A stretch of 64,000 nucleotides of DNA. It comes from Blasia pusilla. Taxonomy: Eukaryota. The stretch lies in the NCBI GenBank assembly GCA_050084515.1, contig CM114271.1, positions 39,246,001 to 39,310,000 of the forward strand, written 5' to 3'. Below, one piece after another: positions 1-13,564 of the stretch. Under the pieces are notes generated by a model that did no database searches, was not told the origin of the DNA, and worked only from the letters and a program-made list of their open reading frames with translations. Made by a program: the position numbers and the translations under genes. Numbering within the stretch: position 1 is the stretch's first letter; each line of letters begins with the position of its first letter.

Positions 1-359
1 TCTATATTGAAAATATTCATGCTATTAATTTTGCTTGATTCTTCATGTTGATGCCTACCATGTATGTCATGGAAAAATGATCGGGATTCGATTTAGGTCG
101 TATGAAAATGGTTAATGCCAATAATGGACTACACAATTCCGTAACAAGTTTGAAAATTTATGTTAGGGCGTAGTTCTATTGAATGTTGGCAAACTACATA
201 ATTTCAATTCAATAGGTTGCTTATATTGCATCATGTTCAAACAAGTTGAATCACAATATCTGTGGGAAGTACACAACTTATTAAGGGAAATTGGAACAAG
301 GACCTTCATAAACCTTTGGGCTCTAAACCAATGCCTCCTTACATACTTGAATTGGCTAC

Positions 360-1310
360 CGGTTGTAGAGTATGACCTCTATTGCATCTAGCTTCCTAAC
401 AAAACACTCCTAACCTCAAGCTTTGCAAGTGGCATAGAAGACTCAGGTTGAGTCCCATAAACTCAACCGATTGCGCATTTTGAAGGTAGCGAAGAATCCT
501 CCTGATGGTAATCGGGTTGAGTCTCTCAAAGTGCAAACTTTCTACATAGGATTCCTCTTCCCCAAGCCTCAACCAAGCTCCCTCAGTTCCTCGTCTATAG
601 CAAAATGTATTGGATAATTCCTCAAGATGCATCCCCTAACTCAAACCTGAAACACGACCGAACGCGCATCACGATTAAGTCTTGTTTCAAGGACTTGAGC
701 AAGTAGGAAAGAAGATTTTATCCTCTTATAGGTACTTCTAGGGTTCTTTTGGGGAATCCCAACTTCCAAAATATTGCTCGCAGGCCCTTGATTTAATCCT
801 CAACCTAAATGCAACTTGCGACTTGCAGACTGGAGTATGATTGGTTATCCATCAAGATGGGTTGGCGTTGGCTTCATGGAGACTATGCAACTCTTGGCTC
901 CCCAAATGGATCTTGGAGCTTGGACCCACGTTTTGTGTGTCTTATGGCTAGTGCTCATCTTGACTCCTTGTTTCGAGTCTCATGGTTGTCTTGTTGTCCT
1001 TTGAATATTGTGGCTAGTCTCGTGGCGTTTCGCCGTCTTGGCTACTCACACATTCCTAACTTCTCAAGCTTGACTTAGTACTTGGTTCTAAGGTCTGAAA
1101 TCTTAATTGGATGTTCTTACGAGTAGCTATGTCATTTCTCGCATGAGGCTTGTCTCAAGATATGTGCATCTCACCTAGTGCTAGTCCAGGTTTAGTTTTT
1201 CCGCCCTTCATAATCTTGTTACTAGCTATTTTAGGTTATGAATTTGGCAGGTCATACTGAGGTCTTAGATCCTTGGACTCGCTTGCTAGGGTGGGCACTA
1301 TAGACTTAGT
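360..1310. repeat. Degenerate dispersed repeat (family D), probably an old LTR/TE remnant; homologous to about 52545-54560
   Basis: Collinear similarity by eye, e.g. CTCAAACCTGAAACACGACC...GGACTTGAGCAAGTAGG (~640-707) vs CTCAAACCTAAAACATGACC...GGACTTAAGCAAGTAGG (~53870-53937), and CATGGTTGTCTTGTTGTCCTT in both copies. Boundaries approximate. Confidence 0.6.
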
Positions 1311-1821
1311 TATTCATGATGCTACCTTGTTGTAAATTGTCTATTGGATGTTTTTGTTCGATCATCCATCGACATCCAAAAAATCATTTTGCATTTTATG
1401 GAATCCTAAACACTTCATCCATTTTGATACCCCAAGTTATAGGGATGGAAGATTTCTAAGCCATGAAGGGATCCATTGATTTTTGTCGTTAAATTGTGAA
1501 GCGAGTGCATCGTATGGGCATTTCAACTAAGTATCAACTACATGGGGTTTTAGACAAATCAAGATGGTCCTCTCTAGTATAAATCTCCTAGTAAGTTGTC
1601 CATAAGTGATCGCACCATGCATGTTCACCCTCGTGTTTTCGTCTCAAATTTCTCTAAAAGTAGGAAAAAGGACACATGTCAAAAAATAAGTACACCAATA
1701 ACACATGCCACTATTTTGGGTGTGGCACTCCTTCCACAATAATATAGATTTTCCCCAAGCTCATTAACCTCCATTTTAATTATATGGAAGAAAATAAAAC
1801 ACACTCAAGTATTAGAAATAA

Positions 1822-2484
1822 ACTAGTTAGCATGCTCGTGCTTGCCCACGAAAACGAATTTTTAAAAATGATAGTATTTTTCACTTCATTTTTAAAAAAA
1901 AATTTCCACATTCTTAAATCTTGAAGGAGTAACGACATTCCACTCTTCTAGATAACTTCATTCCTCAATAAAGATTTAAATGATGCCCCACTCCCTTAAA
2001 AAATTCCACTTTCCATAAGATTTTAAACAATTCTTCCTCCTCCCCCCCCTCCACTCCTCCCAAAAAATAGCATCCATTAATTAAACTATTTATTAATCTG
2101 AATTCATAAAATAATTTCCCTCTTCCATTGAAATTAATTTTCCTTTTCCAAGATAGAAAATTTGAATAAAATACAAAATTCCAAACTTGTTATTAATTTG
2201 TCTGATTTTTTAGAACCCATATAAAAATTCCATATTTTTTTATTCTTTCCATCTAACCATCCACATTTTCTACGAAGATGTAATAACTATTTTATTTGCG
2301 ATCACATTCGTTCATTATTTTGTTTTGTATGTTACCATGCATTTAAGATGAAATCTATATTATTATGGGAGAATGCCTTCTTGATTTGCAAACACCTCTC
2401 TTCTTGACAGGTGGCAACTGGGCAGCAAAAATAAAATTTATGTGCAACATCGTTAATCGCTTCCCTTCACGGGCTACACACTAG
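1822..2484. mobile_element. Possible non-autonomous Helitron-like element
   Basis: Starts ACTAG followed by a GC-rich GCTCGTGC...CCACG segment and ends CACGGG-ctacaca-CTAG; AT-rich interior. Resembles the ends at 20411-20479. Confidence 0.3.
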
Positions 2485-4336
2485 CTCGTCAAACACTTTT
2501 TTATTTCCCATGCATCGCCTTACTAATCTTCACTTGGAAACACTTATTTATTTGACATATGATAAATATAAAAAATAATAGATTTAACATTTACTTTCCC
2601 TCCTTGATAAAAAAATCATTCTCTTATCATGATGATTTGTTTTCTATAGCGGGTAGTGGCGGAACCAAACACGACACTTTGTAATGTCGTTTCTTTAAAT
2701 CCCCTTCTTCTTTTCTTAATCGATTTTCCGCGGAAGCGCCTCCGTACTGCAGTGCCTAGCGCGTGAAAGAACCGAGCGCACCGGCTTGGACGGTCGTTAC
2801 GGGGTTAGCGAGGAGAGGTGAACGGTGAAATTAAAGTCCAACACTTGTGAAAGCAGCCGGTCCCGGCGTCCCGGTCCCCAGCTGGGCGGCCGGTGAAAGC
2901 CGACGGAAACGACGCGTTCCGTGTCACCGGGAATGTAAGCGGGAACGGCCTTTTGTTGGTGAATTTAGGACAGGTGCGGAGGTCCGGGTACACGCTACTG
3001 TCGAACCAGATCAATAGTCACCCAAGGTCCCGCCATTTTTGGATACGAAATGTGGAGGCTGGTTTAGAGCGGTAAGTTGGCGCGCTATGAACTGGCGGGA
3101 CCGCCAAATCCTCAGCTCCGTCCGCAACGACGACGTGAGTGTCCACGTCAGCTTAACAACCCTCATGGTGGAGGTTTCACCAGTCAACAGTCGCCATGTC
3201 AGCACGCCCTTCCGCGCTTGCTGGGCCTCCGATCTTTTCCATACACTTCCCCCTTTTTGTAGGTGTGAGCATCCGGACGGTCCCGCCATTGTACCGCTTC
3301 CGCCTGTCATTCTCATCCGCCCTCTTTCAGTTTCCTGCGTCATTTGCGACTCGATTGATCCTGCTCGAATTTGGGCGGAAGCATTGCAGAAAACAGACTG
3401 CGGTTCTGATCTGCTCGTCAGGAAATTGCTGTCCGCATGGCGATTTATGCGGCGTCCGGATGTGGCGCTGTGCCACAGAGTTTTCAGAGCACATTTCCCC
3501 TGTGAGACTGGGCTTCATCTTGGGGCGCCTAGCTCTCCACAGCGGAGGGGTTTGATTGGGACATGCCCTTGGTTTCTGCCGCCTTCGCCAGCCCTGGCGT
3601 CCCCTGGTGATTTTGTAGTCGATTTGTGGTTGAGATGAATGTCCTTGAATGACGTTATGATTCCTGCTTTGTAAGTCGGATCCCATTTGGCTTCGAGACA
3701 ATAGGTTTCTTGTGGTCATCGCAATCCTGCGTCGAGATTATTTTTCGTTATCAATCCTATCGCGCCGACTCAGCTTCTCTCCACTGCCGTTGGAGCCTAC
3801 CTTGGGGTTTTGGCGGCGGTCAATTCCACCCGTGACATTCTCCTCGATGACGAGCTTTGTTCTCTATCGCGATGACCCTGCCGAGTTGTTCTAGATAATC
3901 TCGTAATGTAGCCCCTTCTTGACCTGTTTGTTCTGGCTTCTCAGGCGAAGAGCTTCGAAGTCTGTTTTCTTTTGGAACCAGCATGTGCCTTGACTTTTCG
4001 GAATGTGAGTCGTCTCTTCCGAGTCGAGGCATGTGTTACCTCTCTCCCTTATATCTCGGGATCAGCAATTCTGCAACTTGCAGGTCCGCATCCTGAGTTG
4101 CAAGGATGACTTGTGTGGAGCGAGAGATAGGGTAATCTTCCTTCCCGGCTGCATTGCCGCATACACAGCTTGCCACTGCGTGTAACTGGAACGGCGTGGA
4201 CCGGCCGGAGTTATGAATTTCCACAATGGATCCGCAAGGTGAAGTCACTAGGTGTCGAAGGCTTCGTCTGCAACTGTATTGGTCTCGTTGGGCCACCTCC
4301 TACTAAACGACGGGCCGAGGCGTTTGCCAAGTAGCC

Positions 4337-7300
4337 ATGGGCAGTAAGGAAGATGAAGAGGAAGAGAGTGAGAAGAATTTCGTGGGCCGGACGGTCAGAA
4401 AACACTTCGCAGGGTTCGGATACTTTCTTGGGAAAGTGGTGTCGTACAACAGAGCTCGCAAGTTTTACAAAGTGAAGTATGCCGACGGAGATAGGGAGGA
4501 GCTCGATCTGTCCGAGCTGAAAGAAATCCTCTTCCACAACGACCCACAAGTTGTATTGGATAATGTAGAGGAGAAGTCGAAAGGCAAGGACGACTTAAAT
4601 ACCTTCGGCGAGAAATCCGAATGGAAGGATGGTTCAGCAGCTATCGACGAGAAGCCGAAAGGGACAGTCGGACGGAAGCGTAAAAGAGATTCACCTCAAA
4701 AATTGGTGAATCGTGCGGTCGGTGGCGCCGGACCTGCTAAGTCGAAGAGCTCCATCAAGAAGCCAGGGAGCGATTCTATTCAAAAACCGAAGGTGGAGGC
4801 AGGTCGTCCGCCTGAGAGAGGGGGAGTAGTGGTCAATGAAGGTGAGACACAGCAGAGATCCAACGAGAGTGTGCCGCAAGGAGTGGAGGAACACAATGGA
4901 CAACCGGGGGAATCTCCACTACGCTCATCAAATTTAAATTTTCTGGAGAGCAACGATATCGCAGACAACACAACCGAAAACCCAACAGAAGATAAAGGTA
5001 GAAAGAGGGCAGGAGCATGTCCGTCTCCTGCGCCAGAAACAAGTCGTGTCGATCTTCCCAAGCGTGCTCGCGTTGTCTCGTGTCACGCTGCAGGTCAGCC
5101 GCAGGTAGACGCCCCTGAAAATGCCGCGAACTCGGTTCATCTCCTCGAAGACATTGCATCGGGGCTTGGAGGGAATTCATCTTCTGCTACAGGCATGCCG
5201 CCGCATTCTGTTTGCCCTGAAGAGACGAGTAAAAGCGGAGTGGGGTTTCAAATTACCTCAACTTCTGCTGATTTTCAGGGACAGAGGTGGTGCCCTGGAG
5301 ATGGTTTAGCGAAAGACTTGAGACTGTTAGGTTCTCCTATTTCCACAGGTTGTCAGCCGACAACATCTGCTAACGCAGATATCCCAATTATTAAATCAGG
5401 TCTTGGAACAAGTTCCATCTCCACAGATGTTCTCCTGCATTCTGCTAGTTCTGGATTTGTGGCAGATGCGGAAGACAGGCAGAATGGTATTGGAGGTGCG
5501 AAGAAGGAAGATGTAATCGGTGAAATCCCAGCGTCACCAGAAACCATAGCCGATAATCTCTCCGAGGACCGGAAATTCATGAGGGATGCACCAAGGTATA
5601 CTGCCCACAGTCTGACGACTACTGAAGCTAAGGCTGCGGCTCTTCCCTTACCCACATCTGCGACATGCTTCAGATCTTTTGATAATTGCGCAGCCGACCT
5701 TTTCCAGGTGTACTCGGTGCTGAGATCTTTCAGCCTTGTGTTCTTTCTTAGTCCGTTTGCACTTGAGGAGTTCGTCGTTGCTCTCACCTCAACAGAGGCC
5801 AGTCCAATGCTAGATTGTGTTCATGTGAGCCTGCTGCAAGCCCTGAGGCGACATCTTGAAAGGCTTTCAAGGAGCGGTTCCAATTCGGCAACATTCTCCC
5901 TAAGGTTGGCTCTCTTCTCGATATACCAACCAGAAGCAGGTTCATTGCTCTGATAGGGAATCATGATCCATCGCTTCCTCTGTGGGTGAAACTTTTGTTT
6001 CTGATGCTTTTTATCCGGATGTTTGTATTTCACATGCCTTGCGTCCTGGGTACGGAAAAACAGAATACTGTACTGGTTATACCCCTCACGCCTTGTTCAC
6101 TCTTCCAGGCTTTCTGACTGGACTCTACTCGACAACATAACCTGGCCCTCATTTTTGATGGGATTTTTGCTCACACAAGGGTTCACGTCTGAGCATGGAC
6201 AATCTTTTGCTGAAGCTGGTCATTCTACAGTGGAGTACTACAAATTGCCAGCGTCCACAAAGCTGGCATTTCTTAGTTTTCTCTGTGACAAAGCCTTGGA
6301 AACAGATGAGGCCAGAACAGAACTTGATCGACGTGCAATCTGTGAAGGCGAGGTGGAATTGAATGAAATAAAAGGATTACCTCCAAAGCGTCCTCACAGG
6401 ACTCGGAGGGATAGCTTGTGTCTAGAAGGAGAGTTTGAAGAGGAATTTGAGAGGATGACAAGACAGAGGAGGGAATCTCCAGCCATGAAGGGAGGAATGG
6501 AAGCATTGGCTCACTCTAAATCCATGCAATCAGGAGGAGTCCGCCTTGAGCAGGGAGAGGATGGAAATTTGGATGAGTGCGTTCTTTGTGGTATGGATGG
6601 AAGTCTAATATGTTGTGATGGGTGCCCTGCGGCATATCATGCACGCTGCGTTGGTGTCACTAGACAAGGTCTTCCACCAGGGGACTGGTTTTGTCCAGAA
6701 TGCCGTGCCAACAAGCTAGATCGCAAGGGAATAACCATCCCCAAAGGACTCCGAGGAGCAGAGCTTCTTTTCATTGATCCATATGGTCGTCTGTACTTTT
6801 CTAGTTGTGGATACCTCTTGATGTAAGTGTCACCAGTTGTGCTGTTCACAAGGCCTTGCTTTTCTTAAGGGAGATCATACAGGCAATTTAATGTAGTGAG
6901 TTTGGTATTTCTACAACGTGAGCACCTGTGCACAACATATTCTGCTATTTTTTATTTGTGTACTGTTCATGACATGAGTCTACATACAAGTGTTACTAGT
7001 TTGGTCACGACTTTGGTTATAGGCATTCAGAGTTTCCACTCCAAGGCCAATCTTCATATAGTCTTTGTTAGTTTGTCTCCTGTTTACACGCAAGGTGTGT
7101 CAAGTGTTATGGTATGCAGTTTGTCAATTGTATGTCCTCTTTGCTAGTCCAGGCTGAATTCAGAAACACTCTATTGATAGTCTTTTGATGTAAGAAATTT
7201 TTGGTCTGTGTTGGCAGATCAGAGTCAGGGACAGATCGCCAGACAATGAGTCGTTATTACAGTCCAAGAGACTCGGATAAGGTTGTGAAGTTCCTCGAAG

Positions 7301-10300
7301 ATGCAGGACCCATCTTTGCGGATCTTCTCTCTGCTGTCAAGCAACTCTGGCAATTGGAGATACAGCCGATACCTGGTGCAGATAATGAACGAAGCCTAGC
7401 AGAGCCTTGCTTCACCCCAGTTTCATTTCAGCTTGAGGATGATGTGAATCAATTACTTGCAGGGTCTCATGCCACAGGAGGCTTCACATGGATTGGCGAC
7501 ATCCATACTCTCTCCATTCCCGAGCCTCCATCTGGGGATATTGCATGTGGAACAGGTGCAATTGGTACTGATGACAGCAACCAAAGGCCTGGAAGCACTT
7601 CTAGACTCCCAATTGCTGAGCAAGAAGTGAACTTTAATGCACGAAGTGACACTACTCTATCGGAAATAGAAGGTAGTCAGCCCATGGCCCCTCTTACAGA
7701 TACCAAAGTAGTTTATGGTGAGGTGCCTGATGTACATGCAAGCAGGGAGAAAGTGAAGTTATCCAGTGTTCCACTTGAAACTCAAGAGGCTGTGTTGTTT
7801 CAAGCTGAATCCACTAGAGAAACCAATGCACAACCACAGAACATCCTTATTAAGGGAGGAGACGTCAGAGGCATTTCTACTCAAAATTGCGTGTCAGACA
7901 GATTCAACGAATGTATCCATTTACCAGAAGCCCTTAATGAGAAGTGGGTGTCCAAGTCTGGTGCTGCAACGGTTTTGCAACATGGTGAAAGTACACCTGT
8001 TGGCACATGTGCATCTGGTGCTTTTCAATCACCAAGGCAACTTACTGCACAGATGGCTGACTGTGGGAGAAATAAAGATAAACGAGACATGGGTAGTAGG
8101 TGTCTTACACGAGAACAGGAGGACAGCTTATCAATGCTGACCCAAATAAATGCCTTCTCTTATACCAACAAGTACACTAATGGTGATATTGTCTTCACAG
8201 CAGCAACGTACCTTTTGGTGCTATCAGGTGGCTCTGATGATGGGACAGATGAAAAAGGAGGTTCTCAAAAGAAAGCCAAACCACCAAGTGCTGCAGACCA
8301 ATTAAAAGCTTTCAGCCTAGCTGTCCCTCACTTCTTTTGGCCAAGCCTGAAGAAAAGAAACATGGAGACACCAAAAGAGAAATGTGGCTGGTGCATATCT
8401 TGCCGAACACCACATCGCCGGGGCTGTCTGCTTACTCAAGTTGCGGGGCAGGTTGCTGGAGGAGCTGCGGCTGTTGCTGGAGGAATCAAACCGATCAAGG
8501 GAGTGTCTGGGCATTATTCAGCAGTTGCAGCATATATATTATATATGGAAGAAAATCTGCACGGTCTGCTAGGTGGGCAGTGGGAGATGCCTGGTTATCG
8601 GAAGATCTGGCGTAAGAAAGTTGAACAGGCCAAATCCGTCCTTGACATGAAGAATGCGCTGCAAGAAGTAAGATTCTGACAGAACTGCCATTATCAATTT
8701 AAGCCTGTATGTAAATGGTAATGACAACATAGGACACATGACTTCATGCTATTGGAAAGAATGAACAAAGGAGAAAGTTTGATCCTTTCGTGCTCATCTG
8801 GTCGGGAAATTGTGAAATGAATTGATTCACCTGTGCAAGTTGCAAGCTGTCCGTGGTACTGAACCTGCTTCTCTTAATGTACTTGTACCTATCGGATTTG
8901 TCTTATAGATGGAGTCTAGTTTACGAATGGTTGCTCTTTCATCAGACTGGGAGAAAGTTGTGGAGGAGGCACCTCCTTTAGTTTCAAAGTACGTGATAAA
9001 TATCATTGGAGCAGGGGCAGGCTCCAAAAAGGCTGCTCCTAAGAAGCGTGGGCGACCCCCACTTTTTCCCAAACCTCCCGTTGTAAGTGCATACAATGGA
9101 GCTTGCTTTGGAGTAAATTGGTGGAGAGGTGGTAGACTTTCTCGTCAACTCTATAATTGGGAGAGTCTTCCTCAAGCTGCACTGAGGCGTGCTGGCCGCC
9201 AAGGTATGAATTTATGCAGATTCCAGCTGCTTATTGGACTGGCTTGAGAGCAAAGTCATATGGTCATCCATTCTAGAATGATCAGTGAATTCTGATGTAT
9301 GGAATATGGAAGTATGTTGATTCAATCTGTCATTCTGGGAATTGGGTTGGTTTAGCCCTCTTCTGATCATTGTCCTGAAAGTATGATACATGACATGACG
9401 CTATATTATGGGCTACTATAAACCTTCGTGGGGATTGTCATGGGCTTGGTGAATATACACTCTAGGGATTCTACTAATCCTGATTCATTTATTAGGAGGC
9501 TTGAAGGAGATCGCAGAGCTTGTGTACAACAGGAGTTCAGATCTTCCTCGTAAGACACAACAGTGCGCTTGGAGGGCAAGAACTGAAAAAGTTTCTTCTA
9601 TTGCTCAACTTGCTGTTCAGGTTGGTTTTACCTTTCTACCTAGATACAGTATCCTCCAGCATCTAAGTAGCGTTAATCTCTCTTTGGTTGCTCTCGTCAA
9701 TTCAAATTCTAATGTATAATCTGACATCAGATCATTGGATGAAATATGATATAAAGACCTTGGGGATGAAAGGCCTGGCTTGAAAATGCCCCAGCAATCT
9801 GTTTGGTACTGGTCAAATAGATTACTAGGAACTTCTTTATGTGATGCTTTCAGTAGGTCATCACCAATCTATCATGTTATCCATGTTAATTGTGGTTGTC
9901 AGGTGTCTCAGTAAGTAAGGCTTGGTAAACTTGATGATAAGGTTTTATTTTTGTTATGATTGTATTAAGGTGTTATTTTCGGGTTAGTTTCTTCCATGTA
10001 TGCCTGCCTTGTATTGATACCCTGTGGAAAATGGAACTGTTTACAGGTGAGATACCTAGATAGATCCATCAAGTGGAATGAGATCGTCTCTCCTGTTGAG
10101 GCATCCACAACACACAATTCTAAGGTTTCTGTTGACACTAGTAGCATCAAGAATGGAGAAATCCGAGCCAAGTCAGAAGAAGGTGGTACTGTCAAGTATC
10201 TACTTTATTTCTCTAAGGACGGAGAAGTGTCAGCTCCTGACCAAGAACTTTCTGAGCCACCCATAAAGAGTGGCAGTAGTTCATCTGGATACTGTACAAA

Positions 10301-13300
10301 CAAAAAGGATCAAGGGTTTTCCAAGGGAGAAGTGTGGACTGCAGAGAAGGATGTGCCATTGTTCATGCTGAAGGAATATGAATTGAAGGTTCGCTCTGCA
10401 AATCAAAGCAAGTTAACAAAGTCCGTGAAAGCTCGGAAGGTTCAAACTCCTGCTGTTGTGAAGAAAGACTCTTTTTGGAAAATGTTGTGCAGTCCACTTC
10501 TCTTTGCCTCTCATGAAACAAAGAGATTATCAAGCTGGATTTGTGGGCACTGTCACCTAAGTTGCTCTGAAAGGTGAGAACTCAAATGACATTTACATTT
10601 GTGAACCTGTTGTGAATCCCATTTCTAGCATTCATCATTCATAGAAATTTCTTGAGAACACAATATTTGTAGTATGTGGCTCAGTAACTTACACCGGGAT
10701 GTGGGTACATTTGCAGTCAATCTTTACAATGCCAGCGATGTAGTGGTATGTCCTTGCACCATATCTCCAACCTGCTTCAAAAGACTCTTTTGGTACACAT
10801 TCCTTGGAATTGTATGTTTTGAAATTTACATGTTTCCTGAAAAGATGTAGGATTTTTTCTAATGCTGTGTAATGTTTCCTGGTAACATTCATCTTACTTT
10901 CCTGCATCTTTGCATGTTTAATTGACTAGGTTTTGGGCTCTAGGACTCTCAGTCAGCTCCTTCCATAGAATCTAATTATGTTTGGTCCGAATGGTGTGTT
11001 TTCATGGTCTGGGCTTAGAATGGGCTTTGCTATGTCTCCCGCAATTTGTATGACGGATTGACCTCCTACACTCCTAACAGCAAGTATAATTCAGAACCTT
11101 TTGTGGCATGGGACTGTTTCCCATGACAGTGTATGACATCTGATTGCCATGGTGCATTATTCAAGGGTGTTTTCAACCGTACTTACAAGACTGTCTTTTG
11201 TGTGGAACAGGGAAGTTTCACAAAAACTGTACCCAAGTGGAAGATGCAATTGATGGGCGTGAGAAAGTAGCTGTTTGTAAAAGCTGTGTAAAACTACGGC
11301 TTGGACAGCGAAAGCGAAAGCCGTCCTACAAGATGCTAGTCATGCAGTCAGAGCTCGCAGAAGGATTGGGTGTAGTATCAAGTAGGGGAGTTGCTATGGA
11401 TGTTGCTGAAGAAGCTGCAGCGAATGGTTGGGCTGATTCTAAGTTTACAACCAAGAAAAAGGACATAGTGTCTGGAGTTGAGAATACCTTGGAAGGGGCC
11501 CAACCAGGAAGAAACATGGCTGTTGGAAAGAACAGCCTGCCTCCAGACCCTGTCCATCCAGAGACCATTGGTAAGAAAAGAAAGGGCCGGCCACCAGGAA
11601 AGTCTCGACTGCAACAAGAAGTGGTTCAGTCAGGTAAAGGAAGGCCGGGAAGGAAAAAGAAAAGTCTGGTCTCATCTCCAAGCCAAGGAGTACCTGAGCT
11701 TGACACCACGCCAAAAGAGAGGAGAACATCAGACAGGTTAAGAAACAGTCTGTCTCCAACTGCCAGTCTTCGCCATTCCTCACCTGGAGAAGACTATACA
11801 CCTAAGGGGAAAAGCAAATTAAGAAGAAACTTGGAGAATCAGCTGTTACTTACGCCTAATGTACCCCCTGATGATGACAATACGTCCTCAGTCAAAAGGC
11901 GAGTTGTAACACGAAGGGAGAGATTGCTGGCAGATGGAGACAAATCTGTGGAAGAGGAGGATGGCTCCCATCTTGAAAAGAAAAGATCCCCTGTGAAGCG
12001 GAAAAGACTGAAAATAATTTTTGCAGGACTATCATCTGAAGATGGCAGTAACAATGGTGCACAAGTGGGACCTGAGAAGAGGAAATCTGGCAGTGGACTT
12101 GATTATGGATACAAAAGCGTGAAGTCTGAAGCAGACATCCAGAGGTTTAGACAGGAAAGATTGTTGTTACCGGGTCAGGAAGGTGGTGATCCCTCCACAG
12201 CTCCAACTTGTCCCTTGTGTTCAGAGGGTTTTAATCCTCGTCATCATTATATCAGCTGCGAGCACTGTAAAGGTATGTTGAGTCTTGTGAGTTTTATTCT
12301 CCTAAACTTGTATGTTGGTTGTGGTGACTCTGTATCTGTCATCTACTGAGGCTAGAGAAGATATATAGAGAAAGTACTCAATTGTAAGCAGAGGATTCGT
12401 TTTTGGAATTGTTGAGTGGCGTTTTTTGACTTGGTTTCTGAGCACATGGCCAAAGTCCTTGATAGACATACTTGAAGTTGTTTGAAGGTTTGACGTTTTT
12501 GGGCTACATTTCAGCTTCTACGCATGTTTTTTCCTGGTTTTGTTTGGTTTCAGTGACCTGAAATGAGCAGAATACTGACACCTTGTTGACTGTCCTGTGA
12601 CTAGTGACCAAGGTTTAGAGCCTTCAAATTGTAGTAGGTTGGAGGAGTAGGGCTTTTATGCACATTGCTCATTAAAATGGGGTGGTGTATTTGCCGAAAT
12701 GCTGAATGTTCTAGATGGGCAGGTGATTGAGTCCCCACCAGAAAAGGTGGACCCCATGAAATGTGGAGATATTTTTGAACTGTATGGGACATTCCCTACA
12801 ACATACCCTGACAGAATCTTTGGTTTTTTACAGTATGGTATCATGGAGATGCAGTGGGTGTGAAACAAGAAGATGCACCATTTCTTGTGGGTTTCAAATG
12901 TCACAAGTGTCGAAAATGTCGCGCTCCTATATGCCCTTTTACTGGCAGATGCCAGGGGCCCATCCCTGTGAAACCTCGCAGGAGAGGTGGTAATGTTGAT
13001 CATGGGGAGGTTATTGATGCAGAGAATGTGAATAGGAGGGATCATTTGAAGGCCACAGAGAAAGTCTTCTCTGGATTCAATGATGTGAAGGCATTCCCAG
13101 ATTTTGCTGCGGCAACTGACCAGGCAGAGCAGGCACTAGCTGTGGATGGGAGTAATTTTGGTCATGTACTGCCACCCAACTTCAATCTGAGCAATGGATT
13201 AATGTGTGACCTTGACCTTTCTGGTGAACATCAACTTGAGTTGACCACCCCATTATCATTAGGTGAGCAAAATGTCAATCTTTGGCCCAGCAATGGCTCA

Positions 13301-13564
13301 GGGCCACTTGACCTTCCCGGGGATTTCTCTTCACAGGCCGATCTAGCCTCTCGGGCGGTACCGTCTCTTTCCTTTACTGAACTCTTAGCTTCTGAAGATG
13401 ATTATTTCGAAGGAGTTGCAGGATCTGGAATGGCCCCAAATGCCAGTTGGACGGCAGAGATGTACAATTTAGATGGTGGAGCAATTGCACCTGTTCCCTC
13501 CACAGATGAAATTGCTGGTTTTGTTGGTCTAGGTTCAGGGTCTGTTCCTGACAAGATGCCATAA
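4337..13564 (+). CDS. PTM: PTM-like DDT/PHD chromatin protein (Tudor-like N-terminus, DDT, three PHD-type fingers, AT-hook-like motifs). Exons 4337-5904, 6109-6822, 7218-8667, 8909-9203, 9496-9620, 10047-10573, 10717-10745, 11211-12272, 12834-13564
   Basis: FVGRTVRKHF...YKVKYADGDREELD (Tudor-like); DLFQVYSVLRSFS..LSPFALEEF..DWTLLDNITWP (DDT); DGNLDECVLCGMDGSLICCDGCPAAYHARC..WFCPEC (PHD); EKCGWCISC; WWRGGRLSR; CEHCKVWYHGDA..GFKCHKCR. All introns are GT-AG with consistent phases. Confidence 0.9.

Noticed and set aside
2805-4296. Cluster of overlapping ORFs
   Set aside because: GC-rich promoter/5' UTR region of the PTM-like gene; no domain signal.
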